A stretch of DNA of 60,830 bases, from positions 1 through 60,830 of IMG/VR virus record IMGVR_UViG_3300032053_000074, one strand, 5' to 3'. This stretch comes from a virus (lineage: Duplodnaviria; Caudoviricetes). The first letter of the stretch is position 1. The number at the start of each line of letters is the position of its first letter. Of this stretch, positions 19,968 through 29,500 are shown piece by piece. The position numbers were made by a program, and so were the translations under genes. Below the pieces are notes generated by a model. It ran no database searches. It was given only the letters and a program-made list of their open reading frames with translations, and was not told the origin of the DNA.

Positions 19968-20176
19968 AATCCTATTATTAGATGACCGTCACTATTTATA
20001 TCTGTCTGTGCAGAATGAACTGATTTTAAAAACCTTAAACATTCTTGACGAGTTATCTTACACTTAACCGAAGATTTAAAATCTATCCTTACCATAACAT
20101 AAATTGAATTATTAGGATTATTATCTATCCAATTAATAATATCAGATGTCCACATTAATTTAGTATATTCACTCAT
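19964..20176 (-). CDS. Small hypothetical protein
   Basis: 70-aa ORF coupled to the sbcCD-like gene. Confidence 0.5.
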   Translation of the reverse strand: MSEYTKLMWTSDIINWIDNNPNNSIYVMVRIDFKSSVKCKITRQECLRFLKSVHSAQTDINSDGHLIIGL

Positions 20177-20186
20177 AATTTCTTAT

Positions 20187-21119
20187 TCACAGTTTCAATT
20201 CATAATCTATCAATTCATTAAAATCAACTGGTTGAGACTCATTGATAAGTGAATTTATTTTTTCAAATCCCAATATAGATGGATCTTTACCATTTAATCT
20301 AACAAGATGTACATCGATTCCTAGTTTCATTACCATTCTACAATTTTTCACTGCATCACCCAATGCATCATTGTCTAATATCATATTAACTCGTTTAACT
20401 TTATTGAGAATCATGTTTTCTCTAAGTTTGGCGGATGGATATTTTCCAAAAAGTGGAATTGCATTGTTCCGTATCGCAATCGCATCGAAAAATCCTTCAC
20501 ATAAATTGAGTGGTTCGTTCCAATTTATAAATAATTCCAATCCAACAATATTAAGTGATGCTACAGGTTTTTTATGAGGTATTACTCCTTCGGTATTATA
20601 ATATCTTCTTCCCATGAAAAAATTTAATTTTGCATTAGCATCATATGAAGGAATTATTATGTGTTGGTCATAATCTCCATTTTCACAATACCCTATGTTA
20701 TATCTAAGAATATCTTCATGAATAATACCTCGTTTCTTCAAATAAACCATTGCATTTCTATATTCGGGAGTATTCCTTGAACGTGAAAGTGACCTAAAAT
20801 CTTCTGGCAAAGATAATTCGTCAAATACTTTCGGTTTTCTATTCCTTAATACTGTTCGTATATCGCCTGTTAATTTAAAGAGTCTATTATGATAGTTCTT
20901 TGATGCATTAACTTTAAATAAAAATGCTCCTAAATTAGAACCTTTAATATCACATGTCCAACAATGCCATTGAAAAGTTTCTAAATTAAATTCTAGTTTT
21001 CGTTTATAATGATTACAAACCGGACAGAAATAAACTGCTTGACTTCCGCCTTTCCTGAGACGAGCATCTTGATTAAGCAATTCATTTAAGAGAGATACTA
21101 TTTCTGATTGTAATAACAC
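20187..21119 (-). CDS. DNA primase (zinc finger + TOPRIM)
   Basis: CPVC..H...WHCWTC; YLKKRGI; CEGFFDA; LDNDA. Confidence 0.9.
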   Translation of the reverse strand: MLLQSEIVSLLNELLNQDARLRKGGSQAVYFCPVCNHYKRKLEFNLETFQWHCWTCDIKGSNLGAFLFKVNASKNYHNRLFKLTGDIRTVLRNRKPKVFDELSLPEDFRSLSRSRNTPEYRNAMVYLKKRGIIHEDILRYNIGYCENGDYDQHIIIPSYDANAKLNFFMGRRYYNTEGVIPHKKPVASLNIVGLELFINWNEPLNLCEGFFDAIAIRNNAIPLFGKYPSAKLRENMILNKVKRVNMILDNDALGDAVKNCRMVMKLGIDVHLVRLNGKDPSILGFEKINSLINESQPVDFNELIDYELKL

Positions 21120-21160
21120 ATTCCGATAATATCCTAATTCATGCTCAAACTCAACTTATT

Positions 21161-21466
21161 TTAATATTTCTCAGGATCATTATTATAATCATCGAGAGAT
21201 TCGTCTAATCTCACTTTAGAAACTGCCAGTGATACTTCAAACCATTCTTTACGTTGAGATGTAGCAAATCGCTTCATCATTTCCTTAATTTTTTTCTCTG
21301 CTTTATAACAGTCGGGATGAAAAATATAATATTCTACTTTATAACTTCTCTTTGGGTCACCGGTTTGATAAGTGTGTAGTCTAGCATTAATATCTTCGGA
21401 AACTCCTATTTTTAAAAATCCTGGAAATGATGGATTTGATATGATGTATAAAAAACCTGGTTTCAT
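21161..21466 (-). CDS. GIY-YIG / T5orf172-family protein
   Basis: GFLYII...LKIG.S....RL...QTGDP...AE...EWF. Confidence 0.85.
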   Translation of the reverse strand: MKPGFLYIISNPSFPGFLKIGVSEDINARLHTYQTGDPKRSYKVEYYIFHPDCYKAEKKIKEMMKRFATSQRKEWFEVSLAVSKVRLDESLDDYNNDPEKY

Positions 21467-21469
21467 TAA

Positions 21470-21970
21470 TTATATTTCAGGAGAAAAGACGCTTACTACA
21501 ATAGCATCATATACGTCTTCCATTTTTTTATCTGGAACATCATTTCTATTCAGTTTTATCCACGGAGTCATATCATAGAGTTTCTCTATCTGTTCCTTTA
21601 CAAAAACCTTGGGTTTAATTCCTTTTACTCTTGCCTTACCAAATAATTGTTTTCTCATTGTGGTTGCATTTGCAAAATAAAATTTCTTTTTATAATGTTC
21701 TTCTAAAATATAACAAATTACTGCCTTGTTCTTAGCCAACATTAATAATGTCTGCTGTGATGTTTTTCCGAATGAGAATCCGGATAAATTTTCCTCCACA
21801 TTAACAGAATCAAATTCTTTTCCAATTAATCCATCTATAATTAATTGTGCCTTTTCTTTATAAGTCTTAACCTTACTTATATCAAAATATCCACAGTCTA
21901 TGATTTTTTTATCTTCTGTGATAGCAAAACCACAGACTGTGGAACTCAAATCTAATCCTAATTTTTTCAT
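21470..21970 (-). CDS. ruvC: RuvC-like Holliday junction resolvase
   Basis: LGLDLSSTVCGFA, VEE, MRK, K..V, D.YDAIVV. Confidence 0.8.
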   Translation of the reverse strand: MKKLGLDLSSTVCGFAITEDKKIIDCGYFDISKVKTYKEKAQLIIDGLIGKEFDSVNVEENLSGFSFGKTSQQTLLMLAKNKAVICYILEEHYKKKFYFANATTMRKQLFGKARVKGIKPKVFVKEQIEKLYDMTPWIKLNRNDVPDKKMEDVYDAIVVSVFSPEI

Positions 21971-21971
21971 A

Positions 21972-22535
21972 TTAGAATGAACTCAAATATGCTGGCGATA
22001 CTGAACCACTGGAACATAAACTATTTGCATTAGATGCACCGATACTAACATTATTACTATTTCTCATTGTAATATATCCAGTATTACTTGATATAAAGGA
22101 ATCTCTCCATTCCCACTTATTTCTAATATATTTATCAAATTCAGTATTATCCAATTCAATTTCTTTGTCTACACTTAATTCTAATCTACGTATAGTTCCT
22201 ATGTAATCATCGGAATGATCTTCTGGATATTTACTCTTCATATATACGAATGCACCATCTTTATTCTTTTCAGATACCATTAACAATTCTTTTTTAACTT
22301 GTTCCTTTATTGTCTTCTTAAAATTACGAAGACTTTTTCTCATGTTTTTGAGTTGTACTTTATGATTCTTCTCGACATCAGAAATCGAATCCTTTTCGTA
22401 TTTTTTTAATTTAGTTTCCGCATCTAACCAATAACCATCTATCGCATTTGTTAAAATATTATCGTGTTTTTCTTTATTATCTTTAACAATTTTTAAAATT
22501 TCTTCTCTTTCTACCTTGATTTCTTGTAGTGACAT
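21972..22535 (-). CDS. Hypothetical coiled-coil protein
   Basis: P.DHSDDY...IRRLELSVD..IEL...EF..YI...W.W; ATG start at 22535. Confidence 0.6.
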   Translation of the reverse strand: MSLQEIKVEREEILKIVKDNKEKHDNILTNAIDGYWLDAETKLKKYEKDSISDVEKNHKVQLKNMRKSLRNFKKTIKEQVKKELLMVSEKNKDGAFVYMKSKYPEDHSDDYIGTIRRLELSVDKEIELDNTEFDKYIRNKWEWRDSFISSNTGYITMRNSNNVSIGASNANSLCSSGSVSPAYLSSF

Positions 22536-22655
22536 AACTTTTCTATCCTTTATATTTAATTTTATAAGCAAATGTTATCATTGCTATAAACATATATAGT
22601 AATTTATTTACATAAACCATTAAATATATCACTTCAATGAATTATTTTAAATAAT

Positions 22656-22681
22656 AAAAAACCCCCGCATACAGCGAGGGT
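22656..22681 (-). terminator. Rho-independent terminator
   Basis: ACCCTCGC-TGTAT-GCGGGGGT followed by a T run on the minus strand. Confidence 0.85.
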
Positions 22682-22706
22682 CTAATTTAGATTTATTAAT
22701 TATAGA

Positions 22707-23009
22707 TTAAGGTTTATATTTATTTGAATTAAATCCTTTGATATATCTCGAAAGTTCTTTTGATTTAGGAGATGGTGATGAATTAGCTTCTTGAGTATCT
22801 AAAAATTCACTTTGACCGATAATTTGCTTGACTGCAAAATCATCCACCGAGTATAGTTTTTCATTGCCATCAATTGGCATTCTATCACCAGTCTTAGGCG
22901 ATGATCCCGGTGATTTTAAACGTTGCTTAACTTCAAATGCTCCACCCGCATGTTGTGTAGCATAACGAGATTCTAAATTTTTTGTAAGAGATGGTCTATT
23001 GTTTGGCAT
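22707..23009 (-). CDS. Hypothetical protein
   Basis: 100 aa, between a late motif and a terminator. Confidence 0.65.
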   Translation of the reverse strand: MPNNRPSLTKNLESRYATQHAGGAFEVKQRLKSPGSSPKTGDRMPIDGNEKLYSVDDFAVKQIIGQSEFLDTQEANSSPSPKSKELSRYIKGFNSNKYKP

Positions 23010-23048
23010 ATATATTATTCTTTCATATTATAAATATACAGAAATATA

Positions 23049-25418
23049 TTAATAATCCATTTTTACAGAAAAGTTAATAGGTAATTCTGGAATAATTTTT
23101 ATAGGAGTTCCTAATTTTGCAACCGAAACTAGATCCAATCCACTATACAATCCAATTGTTGTTGCCATTGGTGCTAAGAATGAACCTGTTTTATCTGATG
23201 CGGTTAATCTTTCATAATCAAAAAATGCTGTATTAATATTAGGAGAAGTATTTTTTCTAGTTGTTAAGTCCATATACTCAATAATATCACTAAATAATCG
23301 CTTATTACATGAAGGTGTAATATAGTTTGTATAATTCTCTTGTGTTAATCGGTTAGTGAAATATTTCCACAATATATTCATATCGTTTAAATCGATCCGA
23401 TTATCGTCATTAAAATCTATGATATCTTGCATCCATGTATCAGTAAACTCCCATCGTAAAATACTTTCGCTAGTTATTCTGGCGATATCTTCGGTATTAT
23501 AACTATCCTGTTCTTGATAATAATTCAATAAACTGATTTCATCATCAGACTTAACAATCGAAGAACTCCAATCAGTTGAATATACTGCACCAAATATGGA
23601 AGTATTTTTATATTGCATATAACGCAATATTACATCCATATCTTTAAAATCGAATGTTCCATTTTTATTAATATCCAACGAAGATGTATTTTTTGTTATA
23701 GAACTTGGATTAGTACTTACATTAAACTCTCCGGGATTAACTGTGCAAATAACTTGTTTTTCGAAAATCGTATGTTGTCCTTTTAATTGTATATCATACT
23801 CGTAAAGGTGAGTATTCACTGGATTTAGAAATAGTCCACTGAATATTGACCCAGATGACATTAATACAATCTTTCCATTTCTATAAAATACATTTCCGAT
23901 ATGAAACTTCTCTCTTAAATTTGCTAAATTATAAATGTATGATTTACCTGCAATATCATCCAATTCAATCTCACCACTTCGAGTTGTAAATACATCTATC
24001 TCTCGACTACTGCCCGTTAAATTTAAAGGTGCTCCAACAACCATAGATCTATTTGCTATAGATACATCATTTCCAAAAGCACGATATGGACTTAAAAATT
24101 TCTTTTTTCTCTGATAAACATTCGTAATTTCCCAATCTAACGATGAGGTGTTTTTCTGAAGAAGCATCGCTTGTCCACTGAGAAAATGTTCTAAATCTCC
24201 ATTACATTGGTGAAGTTGGTTAATTGTGCCTCCCATATAACAAGCAGTCATAGTCTGATTGTTAATCTTCGGCACACCAACAATAATATTATTTTGGAAT
24301 ATATCTACCGAATACCCCATCCTATTGTTTTTTAAAGTAAGCGGTGTGCCGTAAGTTTTCAATACCAACTCAAATAATGTACGTGAACCAGGACACTTTT
24401 CAAATATATAAGTTGAACCTTGTTGATACAATGATGATCCACTAAATTCATATGTTGTCCTGTCCATCGGCGCACCTATGACAACCGTATTTCCAAATGT
24501 AGATACAGCATATCCAAAACTACTGGAATAACTCATAGTTGGGTGATATGGAGTATAACCACCAAATGTCAATGGAAGTATATCTCTCGTTGGTAAAAAG
24601 TTAAAGGTTTGTGTCCAACTTCCTGATACAAATTCAAAATAATATGCTTGATTATTATGATTATTCCCACATCCTACAACCATACTTTGACTTATCGAAC
24701 CACTTTGCTTGTTAAGTTTTAAATCCCATCCAAACGAAGAACTACTAACTGAACCAGATGATTCTAATTTTTGAAAAAATGACCAACTATAATTGCTTCC
24801 AGTGGAAATATTTTTATACATGTAAACCATTCCTTTGGAAGAACTGACAGACGGAGATCCAACAGCAATCCACGTACTATTTATACTAACAGATTTTCCG
24901 AATGATTCAGTTATATTTGAATCTGGATTATAAAGAGATACTACATAACTACTTTGACTTAATGGAATAAATTCGGTTCTTGCAAAATCATGAACCTCAA
25001 CTGATGATACAGATGCACTAAAAATACTTGCACTGGTTATTACAATTTGCGTTGAATATGGATTTCCAATGACAAGTAATTTATCATACATGTCAAGTGA
25101 AGTTCCGAATCCATTATCAATAGATTCAGTATAATTGTTTTTATCAATTAACAACTCTATGGTGGTCTCGGTAGTAATATCTATTGATGCTTCTGTCGCC
25201 AAAATTACATCAATTTCATCATATGATTTATAAATAGTATTGATATAATCATGTTCATCTGTACTTCTATTATATCTAAAATAATCAACTGACCCAGTAT
25301 AATATACACTAGACGAGAGAGCAGTCCATCGTAGAACATCTAAATTAGACACAACTACATAATCACCATAAGTGGCAACCGAACTACCGTAATTTTGATT
25401 TTTTACTTTTACAAACAT
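23049..25418 (-). CDS. Virion structural protein with FG-GAP-like propeller repeats
   Basis: Repeated FG.SV.I....VVGAP; LDINKNG.FDFKD EF-hand/dockerin-like motifs; C-terminal TTIGLY....LVSVAKL..P...KMDY. Confidence 0.7.
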   Translation of the reverse strand: MFVKVKNQNYGSSVATYGDYVVVSNLDVLRWTALSSSVYYTGSVDYFRYNRSTDEHDYINTIYKSYDEIDVILATEASIDITTETTIELLIDKNNYTESIDNGFGTSLDMYDKLLVIGNPYSTQIVITSASIFSASVSSVEVHDFARTEFIPLSQSSYVVSLYNPDSNITESFGKSVSINSTWIAVGSPSVSSSKGMVYMYKNISTGSNYSWSFFQKLESSGSVSSSSFGWDLKLNKQSGSISQSMVVGCGNNHNNQAYYFEFVSGSWTQTFNFLPTRDILPLTFGGYTPYHPTMSYSSSFGYAVSTFGNTVVIGAPMDRTTYEFSGSSLYQQGSTYIFEKCPGSRTLFELVLKTYGTPLTLKNNRMGYSVDIFQNNIIVGVPKINNQTMTACYMGGTINQLHQCNGDLEHFLSGQAMLLQKNTSSLDWEITNVYQRKKKFLSPYRAFGNDVSIANRSMVVGAPLNLTGSSREIDVFTTRSGEIELDDIAGKSYIYNLANLREKFHIGNVFYRNGKIVLMSSGSIFSGLFLNPVNTHLYEYDIQLKGQHTIFEKQVICTVNPGEFNVSTNPSSITKNTSSLDINKNGTFDFKDMDVILRYMQYKNTSIFGAVYSTDWSSSIVKSDDEISLLNYYQEQDSYNTEDIARITSESILRWEFTDTWMQDIIDFNDDNRIDLNDMNILWKYFTNRLTQENYTNYITPSCNKRLFSDIIEYMDLTTRKNTSPNINTAFFDYERLTASDKTGSFLAPMATTIGLYSGLDLVSVAKLGTPIKIIPELPINFSVKMDY

Positions 25419-25424
25419 ATAAGT

Positions 25425-26762
25425 TTAACTATCTATATCCCATCCTCTTGATATTAATATATTTTTATTTATTATTCCAGCAGCAGTTGGACTTCCTACA
25501 TTTGCATATATCCAACAAAGTCCATTGGTCTTATTATGATTTACTAAATTAAGTAAAATATCATCTATTGCATCGGATGATAATAAATTATTAGGACACT
25601 GCAATCTTATTAATGCAGGATTATTACTTATGTCCAATGTGGTTAATGAATTAAAATCAACCTCCAATCTTATTAATGCAGGATTATTACTTACGTCCAA
25701 AGTGGTTAATGAATTATTAAAGCAATAGAGAATTGTTAATGCAGGATTATTACTTACGTCTAAACTGGTTAATGAATTATGATGGCAAGGCAGTTCCTTT
25801 AATGCTGCATTACCACTTACGTCTAAACTGGTTAATGAATTATGATAGCAAGACAAATATTCTAATGCAGCATTACTACTTACGTCTAAACTGGTTAATA
25901 AATTATAGGTTACGTCTAAAATGGTTAATAAAGGACTATTACTTACATCGAACACAGTTAATAAATTATTATTACTGTATAACTCAGTTAAATTTTGACA
26001 CGTATATCCATGAACTTCTTTCCATGTGCCTCCAGATTGATCTATAGCTCCAACCGGATGTGATATTGTAAGTTCGGATCCTGAGAAATAAAGTATATCA
26101 TAATATATATTATAAGAAGGACAACCATTACTTGATGTTCCTTCAAACAAGATATTTCCTAAATGTCTAACTTCTTGAACCTTGGAGAATAAGTTATCAC
26201 CGGCAATTAAATTTCCATATGAATCATCCACTATCTCAACATTATCATCCAAGTTTGTATCATACATTTGAATAGATCCCTCAAGTAATCTATCGCCCAT
26301 CACTTTTCTAGGAATCGAAAACATCAAGAAGTGATTTGCCAAATATCTATTTGTCTGACTCAGTGGGAAATCAATATTTTCCATTCCGAGTATTTGAAGT
26401 GGATTGCGGTAATTATTATAAAACGACAGTTTCATCTGGTCGTGGATGAGACGCTTATAAGACCCTCTTGGATTAGTATCTTCTGTATCTGGATAGAAAA
26501 TTCCACTTCCACTATTTCCTTCTTCATAAACTGCTAAATCATCTTCTTGTTGTTCAAGAGCAATATTACATTCACGATTTATAATAGGATTGCCGGAATA
26601 ATCTATATAATCTTGAGCGACAAATGTTCCTAATATATTAACACTTGCAGAGAATTCTTCTAATAATACTAAGTCATCATTCTGTACATTGAATAATTCC
26701 CATGCCTTTACAGCTACGAATGGTGTTGTAGAAATAGAATGGCGACTTATATTTTTGATCAT
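25425..26762 (-). CDS. Structural protein with C-terminal leucine-rich repeats
   Basis: N-terminal SIPRK.MG...DDSYGNL structural domain; 21-aa LRRs; start moved to ATG 26762. Confidence 0.7.
   Translation of the reverse strand: MIKNISRHSISTTPFVAVKAWELFNVQNDDLVLLEEFSASVNILGTFVAQDYIDYSGNPIINRECNIALEQQEDDLAVYEEGNSGSGIFYPDTEDTNPRGSYKRLIHDQMKLSFYNNYRNPLQILGMENIDFPLSQTNRYLANHFLMFSIPRKVMGDRLLEGSIQMYDTNLDDNVEIVDDSYGNLIAGDNLFSKVQEVRHLGNILFEGTSSNGCPSYNIYYDILYFSGSELTISHPVGAIDQSGGTWKEVHGYTCQNLTELYSNNNLLTVFDVSNSPLLTILDVTYNLLTSLDVSSNAALEYLSCYHNSLTSLDVSGNAALKELPCHHNSLTSLDVSNNPALTILYCFNNSLTTLDVSNNPALIRLEVDFNSLTTLDISNNPALIRLQCPNNLLSSDAIDDILLNLVNHNKTNGLCWIYANVGSPTAAGIINKNILISRGWDIDS
25600..25960 (-). repeat. 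63-bp tandem LRR-coding repeats
   Basis: Near-identical LTSLDVSxNxALxxLxCxxNx units, about 5-6 copies. Confidence 0.85.
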
Positions 26763-26781
26763 ATCACAATAATAAGTATCA

Positions 26782-26871
26782 TCACCCAATACAATTTAGA
26801 ATAATAGATGGATCTTTCTTAATATCAGATTCCCATAAGCGAATAACTTTAATTCCTCTCCTCAATGCCAT
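26782..26871 (-). pseudogene. C-terminal remnant of a Vsr/DUF559-like endonuclease
   Basis: Translates to MALRRGIKVIRLWESDIKKDPSIILNCIG*. Confidence 0.6.
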
Positions 26872-26920
26872 AAAGTAGCAAACAACATTCTCAAACCTAA
26901 GTTTTATTCGTGGTTCTTGG

Positions 26921-28081
26921 TCAAAAGTCGAGGCGAACTTTCAATAATAACTCCGAAGAAAAGTCTTTTATAGCAGGTCTACTTAATTTTGCTACAGCCA
27001 CTAATTCATTGCTATCATTATATAATCCAACTGTGGTGATATAAGTCTTAGGATCAGTTATGAAATCAGTATTTCGTATTGTTCCCTTAGCATGAGTTCC
27101 GTCAGTTCCATCATATATGTAAGTTGGATTATTACTATAATTAAAATCACGGTTCATTACACGTATAAAATAGTGTCGGGCTGGTACATATTCACTTTTA
27201 CGAACCTTCATTGTATCTGTACATAATTGTATTGATTTTGCCAACATTTTGTGATTATATGTAAATGCCCTACTTGTAGCAGTCCCCGCTTCATATATCC
27301 ATCCACCAGTTGTACTAGGACCACCTTCATCAGAACCTAATCCTGCCTGTGCAATAGTGGTTGCATAATTTAATTTTTGGGCTAATAGAGAAGCATTTAA
27401 AATTACAATTCCATCTGAAGGATATAAAAGTCCAAGTCCTTCATAAACAGGTGTTGTAGGCGGATTATCAAGTGTTCCTGCTATAATTTGATATACAGAT
27501 TGATTTTGATTAACATATTGAGAATTATCTATAAAAGAAAACTTAGTTGGATTTCCACCAATATGAGAACCACTTAGAGTTAATTCAAAAAGTCCTTCAT
27601 CAATACGGTCTTTCATTTTATAAGATGAAAAATTTATAATCCAAATTTCAGGAGCATTAACGGTAGTACTTCCACTTTGCATTGTAAATAATCCATCCGC
27701 ATCAGATGTTCCTAACAGTACATTTTTATACTGAGTATAGATAGCTTTTGCAGGGGATGCTTTAATACTCGCAGATTCTATAGTAAATGAACCACTTCCA
27801 ATATCACCGGCAATACTTCCGTACGAAATTGAAAAATATGGGTCATTATTAATCATAACATCTGCCCCAGGAAACATATTTAAATAATACATTGTTCTGC
27901 GAACATCATATGTAGATGTTCCGTAAGAAGGAGTTCCTGCCGATCCGGTTAATGACCAAAAATCATCTACCATTGAGCTTTGACTAAAATTAGTCAACCC
28001 AGATGGCCACAATCCACTGGCAACTCGTGTAGTACGACCGGATACTACGTCTTTATTTTGGTCAAAAGTATTGAATATCAT
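26921..28081 (-). CDS. Virion structural (baseplate/tail) protein
   Basis: YFIRV.N.DFNYSNNPT...PKTYITTVGLYND.NELVAVAKLSRP..K...VRLDF; paralogous C-terminus with 23049-25418. Confidence 0.7.
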   Translation of the reverse strand: MIFNTFDQNKDVVSGRTTRVASGLWPSGLTNFSQSSMVDDFWSLTGSAGTPSYGTSTYDVRRTMYYLNMFPGADVMINNDPYFSISYGSIAGDIGSGSFTIESASIKASPAKAIYTQYKNVLLGTSDADGLFTMQSGSTTVNAPEIWIINFSSYKMKDRIDEGLFELTLSGSHIGGNPTKFSFIDNSQYVNQNQSVYQIIAGTLDNPPTTPVYEGLGLLYPSDGIVILNASLLAQKLNYATTIAQAGLGSDEGGPSTTGGWIYEAGTATSRAFTYNHKMLAKSIQLCTDTMKVRKSEYVPARHYFIRVMNRDFNYSNNPTYIYDGTDGTHAKGTIRNTDFITDPKTYITTVGLYNDSNELVAVAKLSRPAIKDFSSELLLKVRLDF

Positions 28082-28095
28082 ATTATTTATTTTTG

Positions 28096-28740
28096 TTATG
28101 AATTGCTTGTAGGTACAGTAACGGTTACTTCAATTGAAACATTCCCGCCTGACTCGTTTCCAACAATTGTTAGATTGGTTGTAGTTGTTTTTCCAAGAGT
28201 GCTATTTGGAATAAATCTAAATGTATTTCCAACCGCAACTTGAGCACTTGTTATATTAACATCACCCGAAAATGTTGGTATAGTATTTGATATAGAATTT
28301 ATTGAATTTGTTTGTTGAACAATTAAAGTACCGACATTTTTATTACCTAAAATAAGAGTATATCCAGCCTGAAGATTATATGCCGGATTTGTAGATGGAC
28401 TGATTATAATTTCACCCGTATAGTCTCGTGTAATAAGAATCTTATCTTGAGCAATAGTAATCACCGGAATTGCGGTTACTCCTTGATTAAGCGTGACTAA
28501 TTTATATTTCATAGTTTGCGTTTCATCCGTAAGCGGCTCGAAAACTGGCGTATTACGCAATGCTATATCATAAAATGCGCTTCCATTTGGATGATTTGAT
28601 TGATAAAGGGTATAATCAATTTCGTCATCTGCCAAAGCAAATGATGTTATATTAAGATTCCCAGTTTTAGCAAGAATTTCTCGGCCCTTCTTCGTTAAGA
28701 CTGCATCGACTGTTATGGTTTGGTTATCTATATACGCCAT
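28096..28740 (-). CDS. Virion structural protein
   Basis: DAVLTKKGREILA...ITSFALADDEIDYTLY...MKYKLVTL. Confidence 0.7.
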   Translation of the reverse strand: MAYIDNQTITVDAVLTKKGREILAKTGNLNITSFALADDEIDYTLYQSNHPNGSAFYDIALRNTPVFEPLTDETQTMKYKLVTLNQGVTAIPVITIAQDKILITRDYTGEIIISPSTNPAYNLQAGYTLILGNKNVGTLIVQQTNSINSISNTIPTFSGDVNITSAQVAVGNTFRFIPNSTLGKTTTTNLTIVGNESGGNVSIEVTVTVPTSNS

Positions 28741-28820
28741 ATATTTCCTATTTTTTTCTGTTTTATTATAATACGTTAATTAAAAGGTATTCATTTAATA
28801 AGTATCATCAACAAGTTGTT

Positions 28821-29492
28821 TTATTTGTTTATTACATTATCACCTTGAATTAAATTGAGATTTCCAACCTGAGTAGATTGGACTGGTGATGATCCGTCCT
28901 CTAATCCATCTTCTCCTACAGTTGTACTAATCAATTGTCTACATCGTTTATAATATCCATTTACGATTTCACCATCTACTTTATCATAAGTAGGTGTACT
29001 AAATAATGAAAATAACGATCTTTTATGTGTAAGGTGATTTCGTGGATATCCACCTACAACTTCAAAATATTCTCCACTATCAGTTTGAATTGATGGAAGT
29101 TTGTACACATTTCTCATATAAATTGCAGAATCTAAAGCATTATATGTTAGTAAATAATTATTTGAAGTAGCATTTGGACTTCCTATGAATGTATTCATAT
29201 TATGTCTCCATGAATTAGGGAATACTTCTGACCCTCTATCAGCAGGAATAGTATTGATAACAGTATCTTCATGAACTACACTATGAAACCATTCTCGTGA
29301 AACTGCCACATAATCGTAGAGATATATAGAATTTGTAGAATATAAATTTTGCGAAATATTATCAGTGCGGTTATGTGAACCGCTTTTTGCGTAAATAGAA
29401 TATTTTTTCCATCTTTTAAGTATGAATTGTGAGGCAGAACCTGTCGGTTTAACCTCGGCATTCATATTAAATACTATTTCTCCATATCTCAT
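28821..29492 (-). CDS. Hypothetical structural protein
   Basis: AAGGA upstream of ATG 29492; GYPRNH...RQ..TT..DGL.DG..PV. Confidence 0.55.
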   Translation of the reverse strand: MRYGEIVFNMNAEVKPTGSASQFILKRWKKYSIYAKSGSHNRTDNISQNLYSTNSIYLYDYVAVSREWFHSVVHEDTVINTIPADRGSEVFPNSWRHNMNTFIGSPNATSNNYLLTYNALDSAIYMRNVYKLPSIQTDSGEYFEVVGGYPRNHLTHKRSLFSLFSTPTYDKVDGEIVNGYYKRCRQLISTTVGEDGLEDGSSPVQSTQVGNLNLIQGDNVINK

Positions 29493-29500
29493 AATTTTCC

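Noticed and set aside
25600-25960. Regularly spaced repeats resembling a CRISPR array or a DGR template/variable pair
   Set aside because: They are in-frame 63-bp LRR-coding units with no unique spacers, and no reverse transcriptase is in the window.
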